From Sulfolobales archaeon HS-7 (lineage in GTDB: Archaea; Thermoproteota; Thermoprotei_A; Sulfolobales; Sulfolobaceae), in contig AP024596.1 in the NCBI GenBank assembly GCA_019704295.1, positions 1,504,001 to 1,568,000 of the forward strand: a stretch of 64,000 nucleotides of DNA, given 5' to 3'. The notes under the pieces were generated by a model. It made no database searches, was not told the origin of the DNA, and saw only the letters and a list, made by a program, of their open reading frames with translations. The translations under genes were made by a program, and so were the position numbers. This document shows, one piece after another, positions 54,118 through 63,260 of the stretch; the first letter of the stretch is position 1; every line of letters starts with the position of its first letter.

Positions 54118-54753
54118 ATGCCAAGAAAAGAGGCAAGGTCGTATAGGCTCCAGGAGGGGTATGCTGGAGTTAACGTAAATGGTTCTAGTTCATACGTAAT
54201 TAACGGGGAGTATTTGTATGAGAAGCACAGATTTACGCATTATAAAACAGTTGAGGGGATTAATATAACCGGCTATTCTGATACCAGGCCGATTTTCTCT
54301 AAGGAAGCTAGGATAGTTTACTACAAGATAGGCGTGAAAAACGCGGGTAATAAAGTAGTAAGGAAGGTTTTAACAAGTAAGTACTTTAGGGACAAACTCT
54401 ACTTTTACGTATATGCGATCATGAAAGAGCCTTTTAAACCCCTTCAGAGAATAACCACTGATATAGACTTGATGTTATACGAACCTGGATTCTCAAGTGC
54501 CAAGGATCTAGGTAGGAAAGGGAAGTTATATTTCATAGAGAACTCCCCATATCCTACTAAGAACTCGTTAATAGTGTTGTCAATGCCTTTTAACTTTGAA
54601 GTACACGTTTATAAGTCCTCTGCTTATACGCCGGGGGAGTTTCCTGAGGATGCCGAATTAATAACTGATTCAGTAGCAAAAGGAAATAAAGTGGAAATAA
54701 AGATGAGTATGGAACCAAAAATGGGTTATTTCTTCAAGGTTTGCCCGCTGTGA
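54118..54753 (+). CDS. Hypothetical beta-rich protein
   Basis: 211-codon ORF with TATA upstream; coupled to the next gene. Confidence 0.7.
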   Translation: MPRKEARSYRLQEGYAGVNVNGSSSYVINGEYLYEKHRFTHYKTVEGINITGYSDTRPIFSKEARIVYYKIGVKNAGNKVVRKVLTSKYFRDKLYFYVYAIMKEPFKPLQRITTDIDLMLYEPGFSSAKDLGRKGKLYFIENSPYPTKNSLIVLSMPFNFEVHVYKSSAYTPGEFPEDAELITDSVAKGNKVEIKMSMEPKMGYFFKVCPL

Positions 54754-55310
54754 GCGAAGGTATTTCCTACTTCACGGATAGGGATATTAGGGATAAACGT
54801 TTTTTAAAGTTCCTCCAGGAGCACGATGTTCTAAAGAGAAAAATGATAAGATACCTGGAATTTAGTGGTAAATATCCAGTCGCTTTTAAAACAGTTTCCC
54901 TGGTAGATCATTATAAGGGAGTGAGGGTTCGAGTAAATGGAATTTGTTTCGAAGAGGGCGAAACGATGATAATACCTCAAGGGGGAATAGTCTCTAGGAG
55001 TACCAAAATTGAGGAAGGAATAACTGTGGTTCTGGACAAAGGATACTTCGAAATCGAAACCGAAATTCCTCGCATTGAGGACAAATTTACCGATCTAGTC
55101 ATTTACTCTGGAGTTCAGCTCATATATCCTACTTTAATGTTAATAATGAGCTTTCAAACCGTGAGAAGTTCTAACTTTCTCTTCGCTAGGACAACCGATG
55201 TAAACTTCTTTCACGTTCTCATAATGTCCCCGGACAGAAACGTTAGAAGGTCACTCATTAGGGCTTACGACCTCGAACCCGGGGGATATCTCTTCGGTTT
55301 CAAGCATTAA
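54750..55310 (+). CDS. Hypothetical beta-rich protein, possible distant paralogue of the preceding gene
   Basis: GTGA start/stop overlap at 54750-54753; shared HYK.V, YPT..LI and EP..GY.F motifs. Confidence 0.68.
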   Translation: MSEGISYFTDRDIRDKRFLKFLQEHDVLKRKMIRYLEFSGKYPVAFKTVSLVDHYKGVRVRVNGICFEEGETMIIPQGGIVSRSTKIEEGITVVLDKGYFEIETEIPRIEDKFTDLVIYSGVQLIYPTLMLIMSFQTVRSSNFLFARTTDVNFFHVLIMSPDRNVRRSLIRAYDLEPGGYLFGFKH

Positions 55311-56211
55311 ATTTACATCGTTTTTTCTGAATTTCAAGAGATTTTGCGATATCTAGGAAAAAGTAGTTAAGATCTATCTATTCAAGGAAGATTAGTTTAA
55401 CAGTTATAACGAGGGTTAAGAAAAAGGCAGGAACTGAGAATAGAGGTCTAAATCCTTATAATGTTTCTTCTTAACAAGAAAACTCCTACTAGGGAATCTC
55501 ACTTTGCGAGAGGTAAAGTATTCCACGAAGCTGAGGATCTTTCCGCCCCAAGTAAACATGGTCAGCTACGTTTCAAATGCTGCCACCTAGTGAAGTATTT
55601 GCTTATTACTTAGCCTTTCCTTGAGCCTTCGGCTATGCTTACTCCCTTATGTCGCCGTTAACACGGTAAATTCATAATCAAAGGAAAGGTCATCCTTACG
55701 AGTTAGTGTTCAATGCATAATTGATACGAATGACTGGATGGGCCAAAAAGTCATAAATGTCGATTCAGGATTAATCTAGTTTAATTATGCCTAGTAGTAC
55801 AGAATTCAGTTTTTTCACCGTATAGAATTACGTGATCTCTGAGAATCGAGGTGAGCTAAAGGTGGGCAAGGGCTTCAATCTCTTGCAACTTTTTGGAATA
55901 TCGTCATAACTCAGTTCGCGTGTCATTCTTATAAAGACTTTATTTTTAAATCTTACTTGCTACATATTAAACACTGTCTCTAGTTTTATGGAATGTAAAA
56001 AACTTAAGGGAAATATACTTGCAATGGAGTTGAGGAGTATAGAGGTTATAATATTGTCTTGAGAGGATAAGGAATCCTCCTTCATTACACCCTGTATTAA
56101 AACTTACACGCTCTAATCTTAACTAACCCTATGCCTGAAGTTCAATTCAAATATTGCTGAACGCAACCGATTAAGATAAACCTTATTAGATTAGTTTATT
56201 AAAATTAAAAT

Positions 56212-57075
56212 ATGCGAGATAACGAGGACGGAGTGGATAATAAAAGAAGACAGTTCATTAAAGATACCTGCCTTAGCCTTGCAGGTTTAGCCGCTGCCGG
56301 AACACTTGAGACTTTGCTTACCAGGAGGGTTCTAGCTCAATCGCTTTGCTCTCCTTGTTCTTGGCAATATGGCATGATGAGTCCTACTCCTCCAAAGAGG
56401 AATTTCGGAGGATTTATAAGGGTTAAAATGCCTCCGACTTTGCCTAGTGATCTTCCATGCCTTTACGTAATATGGTCCTCCCTATCGACTACAACAGGTT
56501 ACTTTTACCAAACGTCTTTAGGTTATCATCCTTCTTGGGGTTGGCACGTATCTGCGGGATCTACAAATCCAATTTTAGCGTGTGGTCTAGCATGTGGTCC
56601 ATTCGGAGTGAATAACGGACTGTTTAGACCGCAACCGAATAATATTTACGAATTAGGGATTAGATTCATCCCTAATGGTGGAACAAATGACGTCTATCTT
56701 TACGTGGTTGATTGGGAAACTAACGACATCTATAACATATTTAAGTTAACTGATTCGGGAGTGCCCAATACTCCAATAGGTGGAGTACTAGAGTCCTACT
56801 CTATAGGTGAGCAGGAGTTAGAATCCCTTGGAGGAACTAATTCCTTTGAAGTTGTGAACGCCAACTGGCTCCTTAAACCGTGGGAGTCCGAAACATGGAG
56901 TCACGGATATGTATACGGCCCAACCCAACAAACCTGCACACTTACTGAAACGGGGTATCAGGGCTATGAGGGAACGCCGTCACAGATTACAATGCTTCCC
57001 TTAGGAGCGGGAAGAATTAAAATAGGTTATCAAGCCGGAGGCAAACAATATGCGTCTGGCTATCAACTATGGTAA
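56212..57075 (+). CDS. Tat-exported protein, possible glutamic-peptidase (G1/neprosin)-like fold
   Basis: KRRQFIK twin-arginine signal + hydrophobic stretch + VLA cleavage-like site; W..YQT and VLES motifs. Confidence 0.65.
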   Translation: MRDNEDGVDNKRRQFIKDTCLSLAGLAAAGTLETLLTRRVLAQSLCSPCSWQYGMMSPTPPKRNFGGFIRVKMPPTLPSDLPCLYVIWSSLSTTTGYFYQTSLGYHPSWGWHVSAGSTNPILACGLACGPFGVNNGLFRPQPNNIYELGIRFIPNGGTNDVYLYVVDWETNDIYNIFKLTDSGVPNTPIGGVLESYSIGEQELESLGGTNSFEVVNANWLLKPWESETWSHGYVYGPTQQTCTLTETGYQGYEGTPSQITMLPLGAGRIKIGYQAGGKQYASGYQLW

Positions 57076-57077
57076 AA

Positions 57078-57413
57078 TCATCTCCGCCTAATAAGCAGAT
57101 ATATTACCGCAATAAGCAGAACCAAAATTATAGCAGTTTCTACGATACTGTACTGAGTCTTAATTATCGTTTTTGTGCTTATTATTGTAGTAGGGACGGT
57201 TATGTTTTGGACAACAGTTACGTAATCTGTATGAACTACTTCCTTAGTAACAGTTGAGACATATGTTACCGTTACCGTAATAGTTATATTTTCCGTTACT
57301 GTTGTTACGTTTTGAGCTTGAGCGCTTGCGGGAGATAAGCTAGCTATTTGTATTAAACCGGAAAGCGCGCAAAGACCTATCAATATTACCGTTCCTAATA
57401 TTAACTTCCTCAT
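57078..57413 (-). CDS. Small secreted Thr/Val-rich membrane-anchored protein
   Basis: Signal peptide, alternating T/V tract, C-terminal TM + RRR. Confidence 0.7.
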   Translation of the reverse strand: MRKLILGTVILIGLCALSGLIQIASLSPASAQAQNVTTVTENITITVTVTYVSTVTKEVVHTDYVTVVQNITVPTTIISTKTIIKTQYSIVETAIILVLLIAVIYLLIRRR

Positions 57414-57449
57414 TATTAATGAACTTAATTTAGGTAAATAAAAGTTTTA

Positions 57450-57623
57450 CTAACGTCTTCTCCTATCCCTTACCTCAAGGAAAATCAAAAGGGAGAGAAT
57501 AGGAAGCAAAAGGATGAGATCCAGATAGGTGAGCGGGGTGAAACCAACCACTACTATGGAATATAGGAGAAGAAGCAGTAAGCTCATAGCTAGCGTCAGG
57601 ATAACCTGAGTAAAGGCCGACAT
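57450..57623 (-). CDS. 57-aa 2-TM protein (missed by ORF track)
   Basis: MSAFTQVILTLAMSLLLLLLYSIVVVGFTPLTYLDLILLLPILSLLIFLEVRDRRRR; ATG 2 nt after the dppF stop. Confidence 0.65.
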   Translation of the reverse strand: MSAFTQVILTLAMSLLLLLLYSIVVVGFTPLTYLDLILLLPILSLLIFLEVRDRRRR

Positions 57624-57625
57624 AT

Positions 57626-58405
57626 TTACTGCCTAAAGGGATCGTTATACGAATTAATGAGCTGCCTGGTGTATTCTGAAGTGGGATGTTCTATTACGCT
57701 CTCTCCTTTTCCCTCATCAACAATATTTCCGTTTTTAAATACAACGATTCTATTTTCATTCCCTGAAAAGTACTTCGCCATTCCTATATCATGTGTAATG
57801 AATACCGTGGTTATTCCCTTATCCTTTGAAAGAGCTTTCAGAAGGTCGGCTACACTTATTCTTAATGGAGCGTCAAGCATACTCACGACTTCATCTGCTA
57901 TTATCACCTCGGGATTAAGAAGTAGTACCCTTGCTATTGCAATCCTTTGTAGCTGACCACCGCTGAGCTGGTGGGGATACTTTTCTACTAAACCGTAATC
58001 AACTCCGACCATTTCGAGATGTCTGGAAATTAGATCGTTAATTTCATTCCTGGGGCATAGTTTATGATAGGTTATCACGTCCTTTAATGAACTGTAAACT
58101 GTTTTATACGGATTAAATGAGGCGTACGGATCCTGCATTATGTATTGTATTTTAGGTCTAAATTCCTTGAACTCGTTTTTACTCATAGTGTATATGTTCT
58201 TGCCTTTGAAGAGGACCTCTCCCGAAGTAGGTTTCAAATTCCCTGATATAACGAGCCCGAATGTTGTTTTTCCTGAACCGCTCTCCCCTAGAACGGAAAG
58301 TAGTTCCCTTTCATATACGGAAAGGTTAATTCCATTTAGGGCAATAACTTCTTTTTTCCCGGATTTGAATACTACGTGTATATCCCGTGCCTCAATTATA
58401 GACGT
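57626..58405 (-). CDS. dppF: Dpp/Opp ABC ATPase (F subunit); true start appears to be ACG at 58405
   Basis: Walker A GESGSGKT lies upstream of the ORF-track start; LSGGQLQR, IIADE; SD GAGGTGA before ACG. Confidence 0.8.
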   Translation of the reverse strand, partial: TSIIEARDIHVVFKSGKKEVIALNGINLSVYERELLSVLGESGSGKTTFGLVISGNLKPTSGEVLFKGKNIYTMSKNEFKEFRPKIQYIMQDPYASFNPYKTVYSSLKDVITYHKLCPRNEINDLISRHLEMVGVDYGLVEKYPHQLSGGQLQRIAIARVLLLNPEVIIADEVVSMLDAPLRISVADLLKALSKDKGITTVFITHDIGMAKYFSGNENRIVVFKNGNIVDEGKGESVIEHPTSEYTRQLINSYNDPFRQ

Positions 58406-59384
58406 CTTTCCTCACCTCATCTATATTGAAACATGCGACTTTGTGAACCGAACTAACGTCAACTAGTTTAGGTTCGTCCCTAAAGCACACTTCCCTCGAA
58501 TAGGGACATCTATCTGAAAAAACGCATCCTTTGGGTTGTTCCATTCTGCTAGGACGCTTAATTCTATCTCTAATATGTTCGAATTTATTCCTTCCGTTAA
58601 CGCTTACTACACTCCCCATCAAGTATATTGTATAAGGATGTAGAGGATGTGATAGAACATCCTCTCTCGAACCCTGTTCGACTATTTTACCTCTGTAAAA
58701 CACGAAAAAGTAGTCTGCGACATAACTAGCGACTGCTATGTCATGAGTTGCCACAATCATCGATATCCCGTATTTTCGATTTATCTCCTGTAATAGATCG
58801 AGGATTTTCTTTTGTGTAACCATATCTAGTGCCGACGTGGGTTCGTCCGCTATAGTTACTGAAGGTCTTAGGAAAATCGCAAGAGCTATTACCACCCTTT
58901 GTTTCATTCCCCCGGAGAGTTGATGAGGGTAATATGAGAGCACCTTTTGGTCTAGACCTATCTGATCGAATATTTGCGTTATCCTTTCAGATATCTCCTG
59001 TTTACTCAGACCGTAAACCTCTCCAGTTTCAATGAAGTGTGATTTAACCGTTTTCACGGGGTTCAATACATTCATCGAATTTTGCGGAATATAGGAAATG
59101 TACTCCCATCTTCTGCTCAAAAACCTCTTATCGTAGTCGCCATTCTGCATTATAATCATTCCGTTAAGCTCAACTAAACCCCTAATATCCGCGCTTTGAG
59201 GCAAGGAACCTACTATGCTAGAAAGAAGGGTGGATTTCCCTGAGCCACTTTCTCCTATAACGGCGGAAATTCCCCCTTTTTTCAATCCGAGATTAGCACC
59301 CCGTAGGGCGGGGATAAAACTCATTCTGACCCTATAGTTTACCGTAACATCTTTGGCCTTGAGGATAAGGTCGTCAGATTCCAT
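58392..59384 (-). CDS. dppD: Dpp/Opp ABC ATPase (D subunit) with C-terminal Cys cluster
   Basis: GESGSGKS, LSGGMKQR, ADEPTSALD, HPYT, GC.F..RC...C..VAC. Confidence 0.92.
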   Translation of the reverse strand: MESDDLILKAKDVTVNYRVRMSFIPALRGANLGLKKGGISAVIGESGSGKSTLLSSIVGSLPQSADIRGLVELNGMIIMQNGDYDKRFLSRRWEYISYIPQNSMNVLNPVKTVKSHFIETGEVYGLSKQEISERITQIFDQIGLDQKVLSYYPHQLSGGMKQRVVIALAIFLRPSVTIADEPTSALDMVTQKKILDLLQEINRKYGISMIVATHDIAVASYVADYFFVFYRGKIVEQGSREDVLSHPLHPYTIYLMGSVVSVNGRNKFEHIRDRIKRPSRMEQPKGCVFSDRCPYSREVCFRDEPKLVDVSSVHKVACFNIDEVRKDVYN

Positions 59385-59477
59385 TTATATAGAGTTTATA
59401 CTTCCTGAAATATAAGAATATCTGGATTCACGGATAATACCTACTACAATCGTTATACCAAGACCGATTTAACTTGT

Positions 59478-59706
59478 GGGTCCCGTGAGGATAGCCCCTT
59501 AAAGTTTCTATGACACGAAAAACCGTAATATATCTTAGACCTCGGCTGGTAGGTCGTACCACGGAAAGGGGTTAAGCATGTGAAGACCCGCAGTGATCGC
59601 TCTTCTGCAAGTCATTACGGTTTCATGGAAACTCTGTTAGGGACTAGGTTTCTTAAGAAGTAGGAAATTAGGGGCGGGAATGCGACGTACATGAAAACGG
59701 GGATTC
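59478..59706 (+). other. Structured GC-richer non-coding element; candidate orphan IS110-type left end / bridge-RNA-like locus
   Basis: Three consecutive stem-loop domains visible by eye; IS110 resemblance from recall only. Confidence 0.45.
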
Positions 59707-59739
59707 ATAAGTCTTCTAATTTGGCCTTGGTAAGACTAA

Positions 59740-60798
59740 CTAAGAGAAAAACGAGTATAACTGCCAAAGTGTAACTAGAGGAATTAAGGTCGCGCATATA
59801 GCCACGTAAAGAAGAAGCTGCCATTTACCTATCTTAAGGTTGTAAAACGCTGGAAACGCTGCTAGAAGGAGTCTAGGGATAGATATCGCGGGAGTACCAA
59901 TCACCAAAAGTAAAGGTAAAAAGGCCAACAGAGAGTAAGTAAGGTAGAAATATTTTTCCGGTATTGTACTCCTTATAAAATATAGAATCAATATTAGAAT
60001 AAAAAGTTCAAACAATACGTTCCTGACTAACCATTCCAAAGGATATAACCTTACTCCAAGTATAGCCCATGGCTGAGTAGTAAACCAGCCGTTCATGAGC
60101 CATACATCTTGATATATGGGATTAGTGAACATTACCCCCCATACGGCTTTTTCTACCTCAAAATAGTAGAAAGGAGTACCGGTAACCCTGTAATACCAAA
60201 AAAATATACCTGCTCCAGTTATTAAGGGAAGAATAACGAATTTTATGAATTTCTTCTTTAATCCTACGATGAAAGCTGGTAGAGTCCACGCAATACTGTA
60301 AAAAGTGAAAATAGATAAGCTATAAGCTACGGACGATGCCAACACCTTTCTTTCCTTTATCAGTAGAAACGTAAGTGCCAAAAACGTCAGGTATACCACG
60401 TCAGAATAGGGTATTGTTGAGAAAACTACATATACAGGAAAGAGTTCCGTTACCAATGCTGTTCTGAAGTCGAAAACCTTGTATAAAATTATGGGAAAAA
60501 CGTAGCTGAATACGTTTGTTATTATGAAAGCGGAGGTATTATAGCTCCCAGTTACAAAAGTTAATGCCTTTATCATGTAAGGATAAAGAGGGGGGAATGC
60601 GTAATAGTATCCCGAATAACCGTTCGATGCTATCGTCTCAAATATTAGGGAATCCCACTTCGTTGTAAGGACAGTAAAGAAGCTTCCTCCCGCAATTAAG
60701 TACACCGGGAAAACAACTAAAAGTACCTTAACTATCGTTAGGGAAAGGACAAGCTTCAATACGTCCATGTAATTCTTGTTCCACGAACGCCAATACAC
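59740..60798 (-). CDS. GT-C fold membrane glycosyltransferase (PIG-V/mannosyltransferase-like)
   Basis: KWDS..F..IA..GY....AFPPLYP, PYSD, PR..L..FP; multi-TM. Confidence 0.7.
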   Translation of the reverse strand: MYWRSWNKNYMDVLKLVLSLTIVKVLLVVFPVYLIAGGSFFTVLTTKWDSLIFETIASNGYSGYYYAFPPLYPYMIKALTFVTGSYNTSAFIITNVFSYVFPIILYKVFDFRTALVTELFPVYVVFSTIPYSDVVYLTFLALTFLLIKERKVLASSVAYSLSIFTFYSIAWTLPAFIVGLKKKFIKFVILPLITGAGIFFWYYRVTGTPFYYFEVEKAVWGVMFTNPIYQDVWLMNGWFTTQPWAILGVRLYPLEWLVRNVLFELFILILILYFIRSTIPEKYFYLTYSLLAFLPLLLVIGTPAISIPRLLLAAFPAFYNLKIGKWQLLLYVAICATLIPLVTLWQLYSFFS

Positions 60799-60847
60799 AA
60801 TTTTTCAAGAATTTTTTGACAAAGATATTAAAAAATTTTTTCCGAGT

Positions 60848-61168
60848 TCATCCCGTGATCTCAAACCTTTCTATTTTCCCCTCATCTCCGAACTTTACAA
60901 AAAACTTCACATGTTCGGTATTGTTTATCGCGACGCAGTTCCTACCTGAATAATAGTCACCGGCGATTCTCAACTCATCGATTTTCGACCAACCCTCCCT
61001 TTTCTTTACCTCATTAACCATATTTCGAAACTCTGCCGCGCATATGTCGCAGCAGAAGAAAAATTCCCTGTCCTCTATTTTCTCATAATATCCTCCCCAC
61101 GTTGCCCTGCATAACGCACATCCGCTTTTCTTTTCCCCCGTTTCCTCTCCATCCACAAATACCTTCAT
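60848..61168 (-). CDS. TA0938-like small Cys-rich metal-binding protein
   Basis: GCALC..TWG.YY....FFCCDICA. Confidence 0.75.
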   Translation of the reverse strand: MKVFVDGEETGEKKSGCALCRATWGGYYEKIEDREFFFCCDICAAEFRNMVNEVKKREGWSKIDELRIAGDYYSGRNCVAINNTEHVKFFVKFGDEGKIERFEITG

Positions 61169-62044
61169 TTAAGACACCAGCATTTTCGCTCTTTCCAACC
61201 TAGCGTTTAGGTAATCGTAAAACGCGTCAAACGACTTAACAACGGTAACCTGAACTTCCTCTCCTCGCTCTGCATACTTTTCTACCAAACTTAACGCGTA
61301 ATTCGCATGTCCTACATCAGCTTCATACCCTTCCCGTAAGAAGTCCCTTACTTCCCTTGGATAGGAGTCTGTTTTGAGAATCTCCTCGTTAAAGTAGTGA
61401 ACCTTAGCACCGTATTTCCTAAGGGTTTTGTCCGCAACTAATTCTAAGCTATGCATTGCAGCCATAACTTCAACCCAGCTCCTCTCCTCCGCTATATTCA
61501 ACCACGTCTTAATAGCCCTAGTCGTCGTTGGTAATGGTTCGAAACTTAACACCTTTTCCCTCTTCATACCCAGGCTCTCGCCCATTCTTAGTAGGAGTTC
61601 ATGATGAGAGGGAGTTTTTTCCGTTCCTAAGTATTCAGTCCTTATGTTTTCCAGTTCGTAATCCATGACGTCTAACTTATCTGTCCTGTATACTATTGAG
61701 GATAAAACCTTTACCCAGTTTACTAAAAAATGCTGATGCTCTATAACGTAACCGAGAAGTACTTCTTTTGTTGGACTTTGCATTGCCGCTATAAATGGAT
61801 GCACCTTCTCCCCGTAAAATGTTTCTATGAATCTCCTTTTTATCCACCCGGCTAAGCCATCTCTGGCTGAAAAGAAGTCGTTCAACCTTTCCGAAAGAGA
61901 AGTAGGTGACATTTCCTTGATGGATATATGCCTATTTAGCCATGATATATGAACCGCATCGTTTTTCCCCGACTTGTTATACATATGCTCCGCTACCCCA
62001 GGCCAATTGCTATAGGACATGTAACATACGGGGCATGGTTTCAT
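61169..62044 (-). CDS. C2H2 Zn finger fused to haem-oxygenase-like diiron domain (PqqC/CADD/TenA superfamily)
   Basis: CPVC..H...H; ENIRTE..SHHELL..E..EADVGH. Confidence 0.75.
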   Translation of the reverse strand: MKPCPVCYMSYSNWPGVAEHMYNKSGKNDAVHISWLNRHISIKEMSPTSLSERLNDFFSARDGLAGWIKRRFIETFYGEKVHPFIAAMQSPTKEVLLGYVIEHQHFLVNWVKVLSSIVYRTDKLDVMDYELENIRTEYLGTEKTPSHHELLLRMGESLGMKREKVLSFEPLPTTTRAIKTWLNIAEERSWVEVMAAMHSLELVADKTLRKYGAKVHYFNEEILKTDSYPREVRDFLREGYEADVGHANYALSLVEKYAERGEEVQVTVVKSFDAFYDYLNARLERAKMLVS

Positions 62045-62499
62045 GATCTAAGTTTATCATTATATGTTAAAAACAGTAGTTATGAAATATACTTTAATTA
62101 TAGTGATCTTTGTATAATACGTTCACTAAGACCACGAAATTGATGAGGAATGAGCTTGTAATTTATCACCTCAAATCGGTTTTAATGTGTCGTATATAAT
62201 TTATGTATTTAATAATATATAGTTTATTAAATTCTAGCTAAATAAGGGAGTCTGCACTAATATAACGTCCGATCAGTTGATCTATAAGTATAATTATAAC
62301 ATATTCTATAAATATGAATATAATATCTGATAAGAGATATTTAACGAGGTATCTTAGATTTTCTATTCAAAGTAAGGTAATTCTAATGAACTTTCACTTA
62401 TTACAAAGATTTTTCCTAGAAAAACTGGTTCACGGCATCCTTAAAAATTGCGTTACCGCTTCTCTCAAATTTGAAGCAAAGCAAGTTGTACGTATGCTT

Positions 62500-63200
62500 G
62501 GGTCCTAAGATACCATTAACGCTATTCGGAGTATTTAAAGTCCCGATGCATTAGTAATTAGTCCTTACAGAAAACGACCTCCAAGCTTAGCTACAAAATA
62601 TATGGGGGTAAACTTTATCTTATCGATGGTTTTCGAGGACATAGGACATCCACCAATTATCATATCTGGGGCATACCGCTTTAATGCCTCAATGAAAACA
62701 TTTCGTCTCTTGTCCTTTTGTTAATGATAATGGTTTTAAAAATAGTAAGCTCTCCCGAGGTAGATGTACTCAAACCCATCAGCTAACCTGAACTAAAGAA
62801 CCCAATTCTCTCTGTACTGTAAATTTCTCCATCCACCTATAGATCGAAGGATTTACCTTGTGAGTAATATATGGAAAGACGTCACTTCTGTCGTTACACC
62901 GTAATCACTATAGTTGTGGAAACAATATTCGAAGAACTTCATCAGGTTCTCATACATCTGATCCTAATCAAGCATCATGAAGTATTCTCTACACCTTACA
63001 AGCGCCGTTCTTACTCCCTCTTTTTCCAGGAAATCCATACAAACATATCCTAACCTGAAAGCCCAGTATGGAATATGTCACCCGTACTCCCCCCGTCAAC
63101 TATAACGATCTACACATAGCGATTAACCTGATATAGTATATTCTCCATAACTAAATTTACCGCCCCTCATTCTTGACCGTCATAGCTAAGGAGAGCATAA
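62500..63200 (-). pseudogene. Decayed GT2 glycosyltransferase; boundaries approximate
   Basis: Broken-frame IVIVDGGST and EYFMMLD*DQ (DxD) fragments. Confidence 0.55.
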
Positions 63201-63260
63201 GCACAAGTCCTCTACGTGTGTCCGGTATAATGAATTAGGGATATTTGTTGAGGGGATTTC

